A stretch of 64,000 nt of DNA from Trypanosoma brucei (Eukaryota). Both the position numbers and the translations under genes were made by a program. Below the pieces are notes generated by a model. That model did not search any database, was not told where the DNA came from, and saw nothing but the letters and a program-made list of their open reading frames with translations. Positions 11,027 to 21,248 of the stretch are shown piece by piece (the stretch's first letter is position 1; every line of letters starts with the position of its first letter). Where the stretch lies: positions 544,001 through 608,000 of the forward strand of contig AE017150.2 in NCBI GenBank assembly GCA_000002445.1, written 5' to 3'.

Positions 11027-12244
11027 ATGGTCTCCACGCGAAGAATAGCCGAATACAAATCAACAGCAACATGCAATTGCCTTCTTTCTGGCGGTATATC
11101 TGGCGGTTGGGGACAATTTGATGTGGTGGTGGGCTGTTATGAACTTTCAGAAGGTTCAGATTCATCATCATCGCATCAACATCAACATCAAAATGGGGAA
11201 AGCAATATTCACGTGGGTTCACTCACCGGTCTTATGTGTGAAAGGCGTGAGGCAAACCAAAACGACACCAACTTTGTGTTGCGGGAGCGTACCGACGGCG
11301 CCTTTAAACTCCCATCAGCATCATCACTTCCAGGTATTTTTGACCTCACTTATTCCAACAATAACAACTGCTTGATGGCGAGCTGCACAGATGGCGCGTT
11401 ATGGGTTCTGGAGTTACGGGATGCCGCCGTTCATGAGAGTGTTTTTCCAGTTTTTGACACGATGTTAACGAGCTGCAGCCCATTTAATAGTGAAACGGGG
11501 GACCAGAATAAATGGTTCTGCACAGCACATAAAGGTGATGTAGCATTATATGATGCTGGAATGAAGAGAATTATAAGGAGATTGGATGGACATGAATATG
11601 ACGCCTGGTGTTCAGCCACAACAGGCGCTGAGACTGGTGTCAGTGGTGGTGATGATGGTTTGCTCCGTTGGCATGATGTACGGATGGGTGGTAAGTCCAC
11701 GGTGGCTAAAATGCAATTTGATGCGGGTGTTGTCAGTATATCGCCAATTAGCACATGTGGCACATCCGCTACGACATATTCCCTCGTTGGTTCATATGAT
11801 GAGCATTTATACCTTGTGGATTTGCGGTCGGCGAAGCGGCCACTTTCTTCTGTTCATCTTGGCGGTGGCGTGTGGCGGTGCTCGAGACAGTTACTGGAAG
11901 AGAAACTTACGCCCGAAGCTAAAAAAGCGATGAATTACTACCGTTGGGTGCAGGAGTGTAATGCACTCGCCATTCCCGTTATGCAAAACGGAGTGGCATT
12001 AGTTCGTTATGACATTACATCGAATGCTGAGGGAAATTTCACGTTGTTGGGTCATTTACAAAGTAGTGCTGGTTCCGCTGCAAGTGATGAGGAATTGCCA
12101 AATAACGCCCTATTTTATGATTGCGCTGTCCTTCCTGGTAATATTTGTAGTGACGCGGTTACTGGGGATGTTATTGGGAGAACTATCGCTGCCTGTGATT
12201 TTTACAACAGAACAGTTTCATTATGGAATATTAATGATGTTTGA
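11027..12244 (+). CDS. DPH7: WD40 protein, diphthamide biosynthesis protein 7 (DPH7/WDR85)-like
   Basis: VSGGDDGLLRWHDVRMG and GSYDEHLYLVDLR match the DPH7 signature YSGGDDGLLRGWDTR and GSYDEHILLWDTR. A GGGVWR block follows. The N-terminal region parallels human DPH7. Confidence 0.6.
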   Translation: MVSTRRIAEYKSTATCNCLLSGGISGGWGQFDVVVGCYELSEGSDSSSSHQHQHQNGESNIHVGSLTGLMCERREANQNDTNFVLRERTDGAFKLPSASSLPGIFDLTYSNNNNCLMASCTDGALWVLELRDAAVHESVFPVFDTMLTSCSPFNSETGDQNKWFCTAHKGDVALYDAGMKRIIRRLDGHEYDAWCSATTGAETGVSGGDDGLLRWHDVRMGGKSTVAKMQFDAGVVSISPISTCGTSATTYSLVGSYDEHLYLVDLRSAKRPLSSVHLGGGVWRCSRQLLEEKLTPEAKKAMNYYRWVQECNALAIPVMQNGVALVRYDITSNAEGNFTLLGHLQSSAGSAASDEELPNNALFYDCAVLPGNICSDAVTGDVIGRTIAACDFYNRTVSLWNINDV

Positions 12245-12960
12245 GGTAGCGCATGTACTGAATGTATTGTGCGATCGTGTCACTATCGTTGGAAAGGTCC
12301 AAACACGTTTCCCGACCTTTTTGTAAAAGCTGTAGTTCATTCATTCCTTTGATCGTTATTGTTATTATTATTATTATTTATATTTTCTCTTGCATTGTTG
12401 GGTACACCTTTCTCCTTCTTTATGCTTTCTTTCTTTCTTTTTTTTTTTTGAACATAGACTGCATATTCACCTTAGCGTGAGCGGTTCATTTTTCGCCCGT
12501 GAGGTGTTTGTTTTTTCTTTCCCCTCCTTTTAGTTCTGAACCCGCCTTACACACCGTTACTGTGTGTTTTTGTTTGTGTTGGCGTGTGAGCTAAGAGCTT
12601 AAAGTCAGCGCAGCGGTGTGAAGAAACCACACACACAAAAAAAAAGAGTAAAAAAGCGCGCACAGAAAGCGAAAAAAAAAAAGAAACAATATAAATAATA
12701 ATAATAATAACAATTGAGGGAGTGAAACAGAGGGAAGGTGAAATCGTTTTTGTGGCACATAAAAAGGGGTTGTGTGGCTGCACGGGTAACGTGTATGCGT
12801 GTGGCACATAGGTAGGCGATAGCAAATACATATATATTTATATATATACATATACAAAAAAAATTCATATATATATTTATATATATAGTGTGGGGAAAGA
12901 AACGAAGAAAGAAGAAAAGAGAAACAGTCAGTTTCTTTATTTTCGTTAAGTTTGAGTTGA

Positions 12961-14328
12961 GTGGTTAGGTTGATATTAGTAATGGCTGCACATATATCGG
13001 AACACATGAGTAAGCGAGGTCCAAGGGAGTCGCTGCTAATTCTTAGTCTTGGGGTTTTATTCTTTCATCTTTTGTCCTCGTATGTGGAGGAGACTGTGTT
13101 TTATCTTCCCGGTTTCCACCACACCGGATTACTTTCCTTTCTGCAGGTTTTCATCATGGCCGTTGTTTCGTACGTGCGATTATGCCGTACGCTTCCCATG
13201 GAGGAGCGGGGCTCTGCACGAGTGGGTTTATGGAGGCGGTTACTCAACTCTCGTAAGGTTCCACTTCGAACTTATGTAATAATATCTTTTTTATACATCA
13301 GCAGTGCTTATCTCACCAACGAGGGATCCCGCCTTCTTTCGTACAGCACACAAGTGGTGTTGAAGTCTGCCAAGCTTTTGGTTGTATGGCCTGTGCGACT
13401 TATTGTTATTGAGCTTCCGTTGCGGTGGGGGGATGCTACGACAAGTGAAGGCGTCTCACGCAACGGTGATGTTGTATGCGTCGCTGATGTTGTGAATGAA
13501 AAGGAATGTGAGAGTACTTGTGTATTGGTGTCAGCTGAAGAGTGTTGCGATACGCCTTCGGACCCGGCTGCATCTGTAGCACAATCAAGTGATCAAAGCT
13601 CTCCAACCTCTAACGATGTCTTTTCCACTCCTATCAATGCACCTCACGATGGTTTGGATATGACCGTCAACTCAACCGCTGCGTGTGTGGCAAATTCCAC
13701 TCAGCACAGTCGTGAGGGTTTGTGGAGCATATTAAAGGAGTCGTTTCCATGCTTTGTGATTGTTTTTGGTGTTGTACTCTTCATGCGTGCTGCTAACGCT
13801 TCCACCACCGCTGCAGTGGAGGCGGTTGGGGACAAGATGGAAAATCACGAGCATCGGGTGAGGGAGATATGCGGCGTCGTGGCAATTATTGTGGCGCTGC
13901 TTTGTGACGCTGGGGTTTGTGTTGCAGAGGAGAAATACTGCTTCATGGCCCATGGTGCCTCCAATGAGGAGGTGATGTTTTATATCTTTTCAATTTCATC
14001 TTGTAATGGATTCATTAGTCTTCTTCTTAGTGGCCGCCTGGCAGACTGTTTGCACTTCATGCAGGGGCAACCTTATTTTTTCCCCTTAGTACTGCTTGCT
14101 TCCATCTGCAACTACTGTGGGGCGTATTTTATTGTTTCAATTACATCCAGCTACGGCAGTAGCACATCCACAATGGTTACAAGCGTGCGTAAGGTTACAA
14201 CCGTGTTGTTTAGCTACGCCGTGTATTTGCGGCCAATTGGTGCGGCACATGTTGTTGGGCTCCTGTTGGTGACGTGTGGGGTTTGGCAGTTTGAGCGGAT
14301 ACGTAGAAGGAATGATGAACGTGCATGA
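12961..14328 (+). CDS. multi-pass membrane protein, nucleotide-sugar transporter (SLC35B/UAA family)-like with a large hydrophilic insertion
   Basis: The C-terminal block TSVRKVTTVLFSYAVYLRPIGAAHVVGLLLVTCGVW resembles the conserved TTRKF..IL.S..LF..P.S..QW.G..LV..GL motif of SLC35B transporters. There are multiple TM helices. The start is uncertain. Confidence 0.45.
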   Translation: MVRLILVMAAHISEHMSKRGPRESLLILSLGVLFFHLLSSYVEETVFYLPGFHHTGLLSFLQVFIMAVVSYVRLCRTLPMEERGSARVGLWRRLLNSRKVPLRTYVIISFLYISSAYLTNEGSRLLSYSTQVVLKSAKLLVVWPVRLIVIELPLRWGDATTSEGVSRNGDVVCVADVVNEKECESTCVLVSAEECCDTPSDPAASVAQSSDQSSPTSNDVFSTPINAPHDGLDMTVNSTAACVANSTQHSREGLWSILKESFPCFVIVFGVVLFMRAANASTTAAVEAVGDKMENHEHRVREICGVVAIIVALLCDAGVCVAEEKYCFMAHGASNEEVMFYIFSISSCNGFISLLLSGRLADCLHFMQGQPYFFPLVLLASICNYCGAYFIVSITSSYGSSTSTMVTSVRKVTTVLFSYAVYLRPIGAAHVVGLLLVTCGVWQFERIRRRNDERA

Positions 14329-15607
14329 TAACAAATAAAAAAATAAAATAAAAAAAATGATAAAAAAACAATAAAGGCACAAAAAAAAACATCGTTAGTG
14401 AGCTTCAGCTGCGGGGTTTCATAAATGGTATGAGTTTTATAACATTGCATTTCGCTCCCAGAGAGGAAGAGATTGGAGACAACAGTTAATGCATATTTTC
14501 CGTGCTTTTTGTCCACTTTTCTTTTTCTTTTTCTTTTCCTTTTCCCCCCCGTGGACGGGTGTGTTTGGGTGCTGATTTGCCGCGTAAATTAAACATGCAG
14601 GATGAGAAGGGAGCGCAGAGAGAAGGTGAGGGAAAATGGAAATGGAAATGGGATTGGGGGAAAACCAAAAAGAATAGTGGAAGCAATTTAAAAATTTATT
14701 TAGCTATTCGCATATGTATTTGTGACCCTTTACAGGAGAGGATAAGTGGGAAGATGAGGAAGAACGTGTTGTGTGAGTCCGAGGAAATATAAATTGTGGG
14801 AAAGAACGAAAGGGTAGTGAATTCCATGAAATGGTTCTTGCACCAAATCTTTTTTTCTTTTAAATCCCCTTTCCTTCCGTGTGTTGAAGGCAGAAGTGCA
14901 CTGCGCAACCATATATATATATATATATACATATATATTCCCTGTTACTGTTTCTGTTATTATTATTATTATTTTCCGAAGGTTGAGAGGAGTCTCCACC
15001 TCTTTTCCTTTTGGATGTATATCCGTTTATATCTAAGCGTGGCGTGTTTTGTTTGTTTGTGTGTGTATGTGTGTGTGTGGTAACATGGGGGTGGATATGT
15101 ACAATGTATTTGTATGTGAGGTATTCATCGTTTATCATTCGTACGACTCCCGCTGCCTATTTTTTTTACCCTTATTTGTATCGTCTTATTATTTTTTTAT
15201 TTTGTTTTTACACGAACTTTTTACTTCATTTCCTCTTCGCGCGATTCCTCCTCCCCCCATCTCACGTAGTGAGCGTGTATATCTTTGGTTGGTTGGTGAC
15301 CAAACGGGTGCTATGGGAGTTTCCATACACACACACATACAGTCATATATTGGAACATCAAGGCGTGTAATGTTAGAAGTCGCGCTTATCCCTTTAACGT
15401 TGTAAATGTTTCTCAGCTTTTGTGTGGTTGGGCAGCTCGATGCCGCTTAGTTAAATCATATGATGCATAGCGATATATTTATCTGTTTATATATATATAT
15501 ATATATATGTTTCCCCCTTATCTTCATGTTTTTTAAAAAAACCATTATTGGCTCATCTCATAGTATTTTTTCAAGTGGTGGAGGACTGTTGTTTTTCATT
15601 ATTCATC

Positions 15608-16507
15608 ATGACGGTCGCAACAGCCCCAACTCCTCCTGACTTGTCCAAACCACCCGCCGATAAGTTAGAAATACATACGCAAACAACAGGAAATGATGGT
15701 GGCTCGAGCAGTGGTGCCGCTAAAGAAGTTTTCGTCACTCCTGAAGAGGTTGAAAGGCAGGTAAAACTTGGACTTCTGCTGGTTCAACTTGGCGCAGCGA
15801 AGGAAAATCAGATTTTTGGTCCACGTGGTCTCATGACTCCTCCACGGGATCTTCTTGTAATTAATCGGTATGAGGACAGTAAGGAGGCTCGGCGGCCATT
15901 CAAATGGTACGATCCCATTTCATGGTTCCTCAGTGGTCCGAAACCTTCACCCATGTTTTGGAGCCCATCACCATTCAGAAATGAGGAGCAGGAGCGAGCC
16001 GTCACCACATCACCCACAGCGGCGTCAGGGACGGCAGCGGCCACTCAAACACCTGAAATCGGACCAGCGACATCGTTGGCTCCTGCTGTAAAGAAAATAC
16101 GTGCCATCCCACCTGTTGATATGCGGCCACTTGGGGATGATGTGCATTTGGAGGCAGCCGTGCGACTTGACCGTGAGAAACTTTTAAAGGATGAGGAGAC
16201 ATTACACAAGATGCTAAACGGTGTTGAGGATACTCGTCATGCTTATTTAGTCCCTGCGCAGGAGCTTCAGTGCGAGGATGAGGTGCTTGCGGTCGTGCAG
16301 TGCTACGAAAAACATGTTTCTGCCATACAAGCCGCTTCCGGGAGTGGAATGTCCAATTCGGGGAAGATTTTATCCGAGGGTGCGGCTTTGGAGCTTCCGG
16401 TTATCGCAGATGTGTTGCAATGTGGGCCGGTTGTATCGCTGCTTCGGCGTTGTGCTGAGGGTGTTGTTGGGGCGTACAGCCAGAAGGATGTTGCCGTGCA
16501 GCTATGA
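15608..16507 (+). CDS. hypothetical protein; the track ORF begins at 15548 but the Met at 15608 is more plausible
   Basis: 319/299-aa ORF with non-repetitive composition on the coding strand. No motif recognised. Confidence 0.4.
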   Translation: MTVATAPTPPDLSKPPADKLEIHTQTTGNDGGSSSGAAKEVFVTPEEVERQVKLGLLLVQLGAAKENQIFGPRGLMTPPRDLLVINRYEDSKEARRPFKWYDPISWFLSGPKPSPMFWSPSPFRNEEQERAVTTSPTAASGTAAATQTPEIGPATSLAPAVKKIRAIPPVDMRPLGDDVHLEAAVRLDREKLLKDEETLHKMLNGVEDTRHAYLVPAQELQCEDEVLAVVQCYEKHVSAIQAASGSGMSNSGKILSEGAALELPVIADVLQCGPVVSLLRRCAEGVVGAYSQKDVAVQL

Positions 16508-16908
16508 GTGATGGCTTATCATCGTATGTCTACGTCTTCTGAGGGTGTGGGAGTCGCTAGGTGTTTTGCCCTGCTCTTTGTCTTTTATTTTGTGTGTGTG
16601 TGTGTGTGTGTGTTTGTTTCCTTGAGGTTCCCGTTCCCTCAGTGTTCTTTTTTTTTCTTTTTTTTTTTCGAAAATCACAGTTTGTCGTTTCGCCCTGAGA
16701 GGCTAGGATGTTGTGGAGGTTTCGCTCTCCATTGTAAAGCGTACAGTGTTCAAGGTGACCTCTCCACGTGCTTTAACCACCACTCACTGTGTTCATACCA
16801 TCCTAACAGGTTGGAACGACTGAATCCATCACAATGACACTTTCTCTTCATGCCTTTCCTTTCAGTACATTAGGTGCGCGCTTTTTTTTCCCCTTTTTGT
16901 GTTTGGTC

Positions 16909-19776
16909 ATGCGTGCTTCCAGTGCAAACGCAAGACTGGTTCAGCGACACGAGCGCCAGAAGGCACAGAGTGCTGCGAAAGCATCGTCTGCCCGGTTTAA
17001 TGCGAAGCAAAGCCGGTTTCAATTGCGGCAGGAGGAGGCTCAGGTGAGGAATGAAATTCAGAAAGAACCCCTACCGATATCGTCGGCCGTTACTGCCCCA
17101 AACAGAGACCAGACGTCTACGTTTAGCCGATTCGATAGACCCCCAGCACGTGCCTCAACTGCCATGGTGGCAACAACAAACACAACCACAACTACCACAG
17201 CAACTTTTGGGCTTGCTCCAGTGAGGCGCACAACAAATGCCAACGCCATGGGACATGTCGGCACTCGAACTTCTCGTCGTGCAGCGAGGTTCCGTCTTGA
17301 GGATGCTGAGGGAACTCATTCATCTGCTGTTGGGGATAATAATATGCCGGAGGTTGGTGGTCTTCTTGGGACGGTTCGCCGTCCTCGTCAGGCGGAGGTC
17401 GACGACGACGCCAGCGGTGATGCCGGGCGGAAGAAGACGCGTGTGGAGAAGTTTCAGGAGGTTATGGCTAATAGTAAGGAGCATCGTGCCCATCTGCAGC
17501 GCGAGCGAGAACAGCGATCCGTCCAAACCAAAGCGATTGATCAGGAGTTTAACAACGTTTTGCACCTCTTGGAGCGCCGGGACAAAGTGAAGGAGGATCG
17601 TGAGGCTTTCAACGCTGCAGGAACGCCTGAGGTTCGGGCCCTTCTGCAGTCTTTTCGCACAAACCATGTGGCGAAAGTGCTCTCCCTGCGAAGTGACGGG
17701 AGCTACACGGTTGCCCCGCTGTCAGCTCCAGACGAGAAGGCGGCTAATGTTTCAACTACCACCGCAACTGCTGCCACTTCAGTAACCGCCGAAGGCACGA
17801 AGCAGGAAACCACTTCATTTCTGGACAGCGCAGACATGGAGCTCTTACGCAAGGTGCGCAGCGGTGTGGCAGAGCGGGAAGTTGTGCCGGGGGCAAAGGA
17901 ATCTGATATAGCAATGGGTTCAGCTCGTCCAAGTAGGTCTAATGTGGTAGACGAAGAGGCAAATGCGGAAGCAGACGAGTTCGACCGCATGATGCAGTCG
18001 ATGCGACTCGAGACGCGCCGGGCTATTGCCGGTGACCGTACCTTGACAGAAGAAGAGCAAAAGCAGAAATTGTTGGAACAGGAATTACTTGAGGCAGACC
18101 GTGGGGCAATGCCAACTATTTCGCACAATAGGGAGCAGCTTACGCGAGCCGAGTTGTTAAGTCGTGGAGGTGATTTTCCTGAAATGGGAGATGATGATGG
18201 CAGTGTTCCTGAGGGAGAGTTGGAGGACAACCTTGACATTTCAACTGCGTATGACAGTGATGGGGCCTCCCAGCGCAGCGATGATGACGGTACCGGAAAT
18301 TACGACGGGAAGGAAGCATATGAAGGAGATGACGTCCATCAAGAGTTGGGAGTGACAGGTGCTGGCGCGGGTGGTTTGGGAGCGTTGGAGATATTGTTGA
18401 GTGAAGTAGAAACTCTTAGCCGTAGTGGCAATGGGACGCGCTCGGCACGTGCTGCACGAGGTGAGGCGTACCATGCATTGCTCATTCGCTTGTATCGTTA
18501 TGCACAGAGTCACGTATTACACACCGCGCAAACATTTCGTGCGCTTCTTATCGAGGCTCAGCGCTCATTTCTTCGGCATGGAAGTCTTGATCGCGCTACG
18601 CTACTTCTACTCCACACGACTTCCCGGATATTTCCCATGACAGACTATCGCCACGCCGTCACTACGCCATTTTTTATATTTCTGTGCTCCACGCTATTGC
18701 AGATGAAACTGAAGACGGTTGCTCAGGCGCGCGATTATGCGGTGCTTGCCGGCCTTCTTTGTAGTTGCATGCTGCAGGGCGGCAAATTCTGCGCGGAGGC
18801 GATCATAGCACCACTTAATCTTATTGCACTCCAAGTGCCGCGGAGTGTATTGGAACCAGCGCGCCTGCAGGGAATATGCGTGCCATTCCCTTTAGTTGGA
18901 CGAGGGGATACGGAGGTGGCGTTGTTACTGACGAATGAGAAGGAGAGTTTATCAGCTCCCACTGCACACGACGGTGATGACAATGTTAAGGAAGGTGACG
19001 GCACCGCTGAGGCCAAAGCCGCAAATAATGAAGAAGATGTGGATGAACCGCTATTGGAAGGTACACTTGCCGTCCTTGAGACGGATGTAAGCGCAGAGCG
19101 CATTGTGCGGTACGCCTACAGGCTACTGTCGGTTCAAGCGGATGCTCTGCGTAATGTGCCCGCATTCGAGTACTGTTTGGCTGCTCCTTTCAGAGCTCTG
19201 CACGAGCGCCTCACGGCTGCTGCAATTACATCGACCGCAAAGCGTGGTAAGGGCAAATCATCTTCTGACAGCAAGGTTATGGCGTGTTGGAAGCCGTCAC
19301 CACTTGTGCAAGCTGACCACGAAGCACTTCTAGAGAAACTAACGCAGTTCACTTCTGATGCACGGAACCGTCGCACGCCTCTCGCTATGCGGAACTTTCG
19401 TCCACGTCCCATTCGTCAGTTTGATCCGCTGCTGCACGAACGTGAGGATATTGGCGGCGACGCCAACATGTCGACTTCTGTTTTGAAGAGTGAAGTGCGT
19501 CAGATGAAACGGGAGCTTCGGGAAGACAGAAAACGTGTCGTGCGGCACCTGCAAGCGGAAGCAAATGTGGAACGAAGACAACGGGAGCGTGCGGCGGCTG
19601 AAGTGGAGGCGCAGCGCGAGCGCAAATACCGGGAGCTTATGGGATCGCTACAAGCACAACAACATATAATGAAAACTGTCGATGGACTTCAGGCGAAGGC
19701 GCGGTCGAAGAAACGGCGAAGCATCTCCGGCCTTCCCGGAAAAGCGGAGGACAATACCGATGGTGGAGGCGCGTGA
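16909..19776 (+). CDS. nucleolar protein Nop14-like (possible SSU processome component); the track ORF starts at 16834
   Basis: A basic N-terminus is followed by KKTRVEKFQEVMANSKEHRAHLQREREQ, which resembles yeast Nop14 KKTKAEVMKEVIAKSKFYKQERQKAQ. A TEEEQKQKLLEQELLEADR acidic coiled-coil block and a long alpha-helical C-terminal domain follow. Confidence 0.45.
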   Translation: MRASSANARLVQRHERQKAQSAAKASSARFNAKQSRFQLRQEEAQVRNEIQKEPLPISSAVTAPNRDQTSTFSRFDRPPARASTAMVATTNTTTTTTATFGLAPVRRTTNANAMGHVGTRTSRRAARFRLEDAEGTHSSAVGDNNMPEVGGLLGTVRRPRQAEVDDDASGDAGRKKTRVEKFQEVMANSKEHRAHLQREREQRSVQTKAIDQEFNNVLHLLERRDKVKEDREAFNAAGTPEVRALLQSFRTNHVAKVLSLRSDGSYTVAPLSAPDEKAANVSTTTATAATSVTAEGTKQETTSFLDSADMELLRKVRSGVAEREVVPGAKESDIAMGSARPSRSNVVDEEANAEADEFDRMMQSMRLETRRAIAGDRTLTEEEQKQKLLEQELLEADRGAMPTISHNREQLTRAELLSRGGDFPEMGDDDGSVPEGELEDNLDISTAYDSDGASQRSDDDGTGNYDGKEAYEGDDVHQELGVTGAGAGGLGALEILLSEVETLSRSGNGTRSARAARGEAYHALLIRLYRYAQSHVLHTAQTFRALLIEAQRSFLRHGSLDRATLLLLHTTSRIFPMTDYRHAVTTPFFIFLCSTLLQMKLKTVAQARDYAVLAGLLCSCMLQGGKFCAEAIIAPLNLIALQVPRSVLEPARLQGICVPFPLVGRGDTEVALLLTNEKESLSAPTAHDGDDNVKEGDGTAEAKAANNEEDVDEPLLEGTLAVLETDVSAERIVRYAYRLLSVQADALRNVPAFEYCLAAPFRALHERLTAAAITSTAKRGKGKSSSDSKVMACWKPSPLVQADHEALLEKLTQFTSDARNRRTPLAMRNFRPRPIRQFDPLLHEREDIGGDANMSTSVLKSEVRQMKRELREDRKRVVRHLQAEANVERRQRERAAAEVEAQRERKYRELMGSLQAQQHIMKTVDGLQAKARSKKRRSISGLPGKAEDNTDGGGA

Positions 19777-20306
19777 TGATGCGTTGGGAGGCATTTGTCG
19801 GGCGCAAACGAATTTGTTTTGTTTTTTTGTTCCCCTTTTCTTTTTCTTTTTCTTTTTTTAAAGAGTGGAAGCGCATACGTGTGAGTGTGTGACATACGCG
19901 GCCACAGATGGGGAGCGCATGTTTTGTGTTGAGGTTCATGAAGGGCGCAGTTCTGAAAGCTATGGTTCGTGCAGTGCGGCGAAAACCTTCCTTTGCTTCT
20001 TCCTGAGGACTGAGAGAAGCGATGGGGTTATATTAAGGAATGCGTTGTTAAAATTTTTCTTTTTGTCGGGTAAGATACGCTTTTAGTATATAAACACAAG
20101 TTATTGTGGTGATAATAATACATATTGTTTTGTTTGTTTCTATATGGTGGGCTGGGCGTTTTTTCACTTCCACTGCGCTCGGTGGTGTTAAGCTCGTAAA
20201 CGCATGATGCTTCATTTCTGTTACACTTCTTTTTTTTTCTTTTTAAATCTCTTTTTCTTCTCCTTAAAAGAAAAGGAAGGGATCGTTCAGCACGTGAAAG
20301 GAGAGT

Positions 20307-21248
20307 GTGATGTCATCCGAACACGCACCGGTGGTAGCGTCGAGAAAAACCAGCTTCCGAGCAACTGCAGCTGGTATTGCTGGTGTGATGGAGATTGGCC
20401 TCTTTCATCCTTTTGACACGGTGGCGAAACGCCTGATGAGTCACCACGGCCCTATTCTTTGCAGACCTATTAGCGCTAGTTTTTGTACGGTTAACGAAAT
20501 TATCTTCCGTGCTAAGGCACATGCCAGTGCATGGGAGAAATTATTATATTTATATCCCGGTTCCACATATGCTGTGGGTTATAAGGTGTTGCAACGTGTG
20601 TACAAACTCGCTGGGCAACCCATCGTGCGTGATCATCTTAAATGCCATTATGACCGGGGTTTCGATAATGTTTTTGGACGTCACAGTCGTCTCGCAATGG
20701 AGGCTGTTGCAGGAAGTATTGTTGGTGGTGGTGAAGTGTTATTATTGCCACTGGATCGACTGAAGGTGTTGAGCCAAACAAATGAATCGGCGCTGGGGCG
20801 TGGCGTTGTGGAGTTGGTGCGACGTGAAGGTGTACGAGGAATGTACGCTGGCACATTAGTGACTGCAATGCGCAATGTGCCCGGCACCTTTTGTCTTTTC
20901 GGTGGCGCCGCCTTCACGAAGGAGTCCATATTTCGACTGGAAGACTTTAGTAAGGCGAGCTTCTTCCAAAACATGTGTGCATCTGGCGTGGGTGCTTGTT
21001 TAGCAATTGCAGTAACAAATCCCATGGATGTTATTAAGACACGTGTGCAGAATAAAGATCCGGGCTCAACGCTTACGGGACTGGTAGTGTTCCGGAAGTT
21101 GCTGCGCGAGGAGGGACTCACCGCTCTGGCAAAGGGGATAACACCAAAGATAATTGCCTCAGCACCAAAGCTTGTATTTGCATACAGCATGACGGAGTTT
21201 TTGCTTCAACTACTGGAGGGGGAAAAAAGAGGGGTGGTTCGGCATTAA
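20307..21248 (+). CDS. mitochondrial carrier family (SLC25) protein
   Basis: Three carrier signature motifs (P-x-D/E-x-x-K/R-x-R): PFDTVAKRLM, PLDRLKVLSQ and NPMDVIKTRVQ. A length of about 313 aa with tripartite structure fits. Confidence 0.7.
   Translation: MMSSEHAPVVASRKTSFRATAAGIAGVMEIGLFHPFDTVAKRLMSHHGPILCRPISASFCTVNEIIFRAKAHASAWEKLLYLYPGSTYAVGYKVLQRVYKLAGQPIVRDHLKCHYDRGFDNVFGRHSRLAMEAVAGSIVGGGEVLLLPLDRLKVLSQTNESALGRGVVELVRREGVRGMYAGTLVTAMRNVPGTFCLFGGAAFTKESIFRLEDFSKASFFQNMCASGVGACLAIAVTNPMDVIKTRVQNKDPGSTLTGLVVFRKLLREEGLTALAKGITPKIIASAPKLVFAYSMTEFLLQLLEGEKRGVVRH

Noticed and set aside
17703..18239. Minus-strand ORFs of 100-200 aa overlapping the + strand genes (for example 17703-18239, 20681-21190, 24140-24757, 32090-32608, 28843-29259)
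   Set aside because: They are antisense to long, motif-supported + strand genes in a unidirectional polycistron. Their Ser/Arg/Ala-rich composition is typical of shadow ORFs in GC-rich coding sequence.
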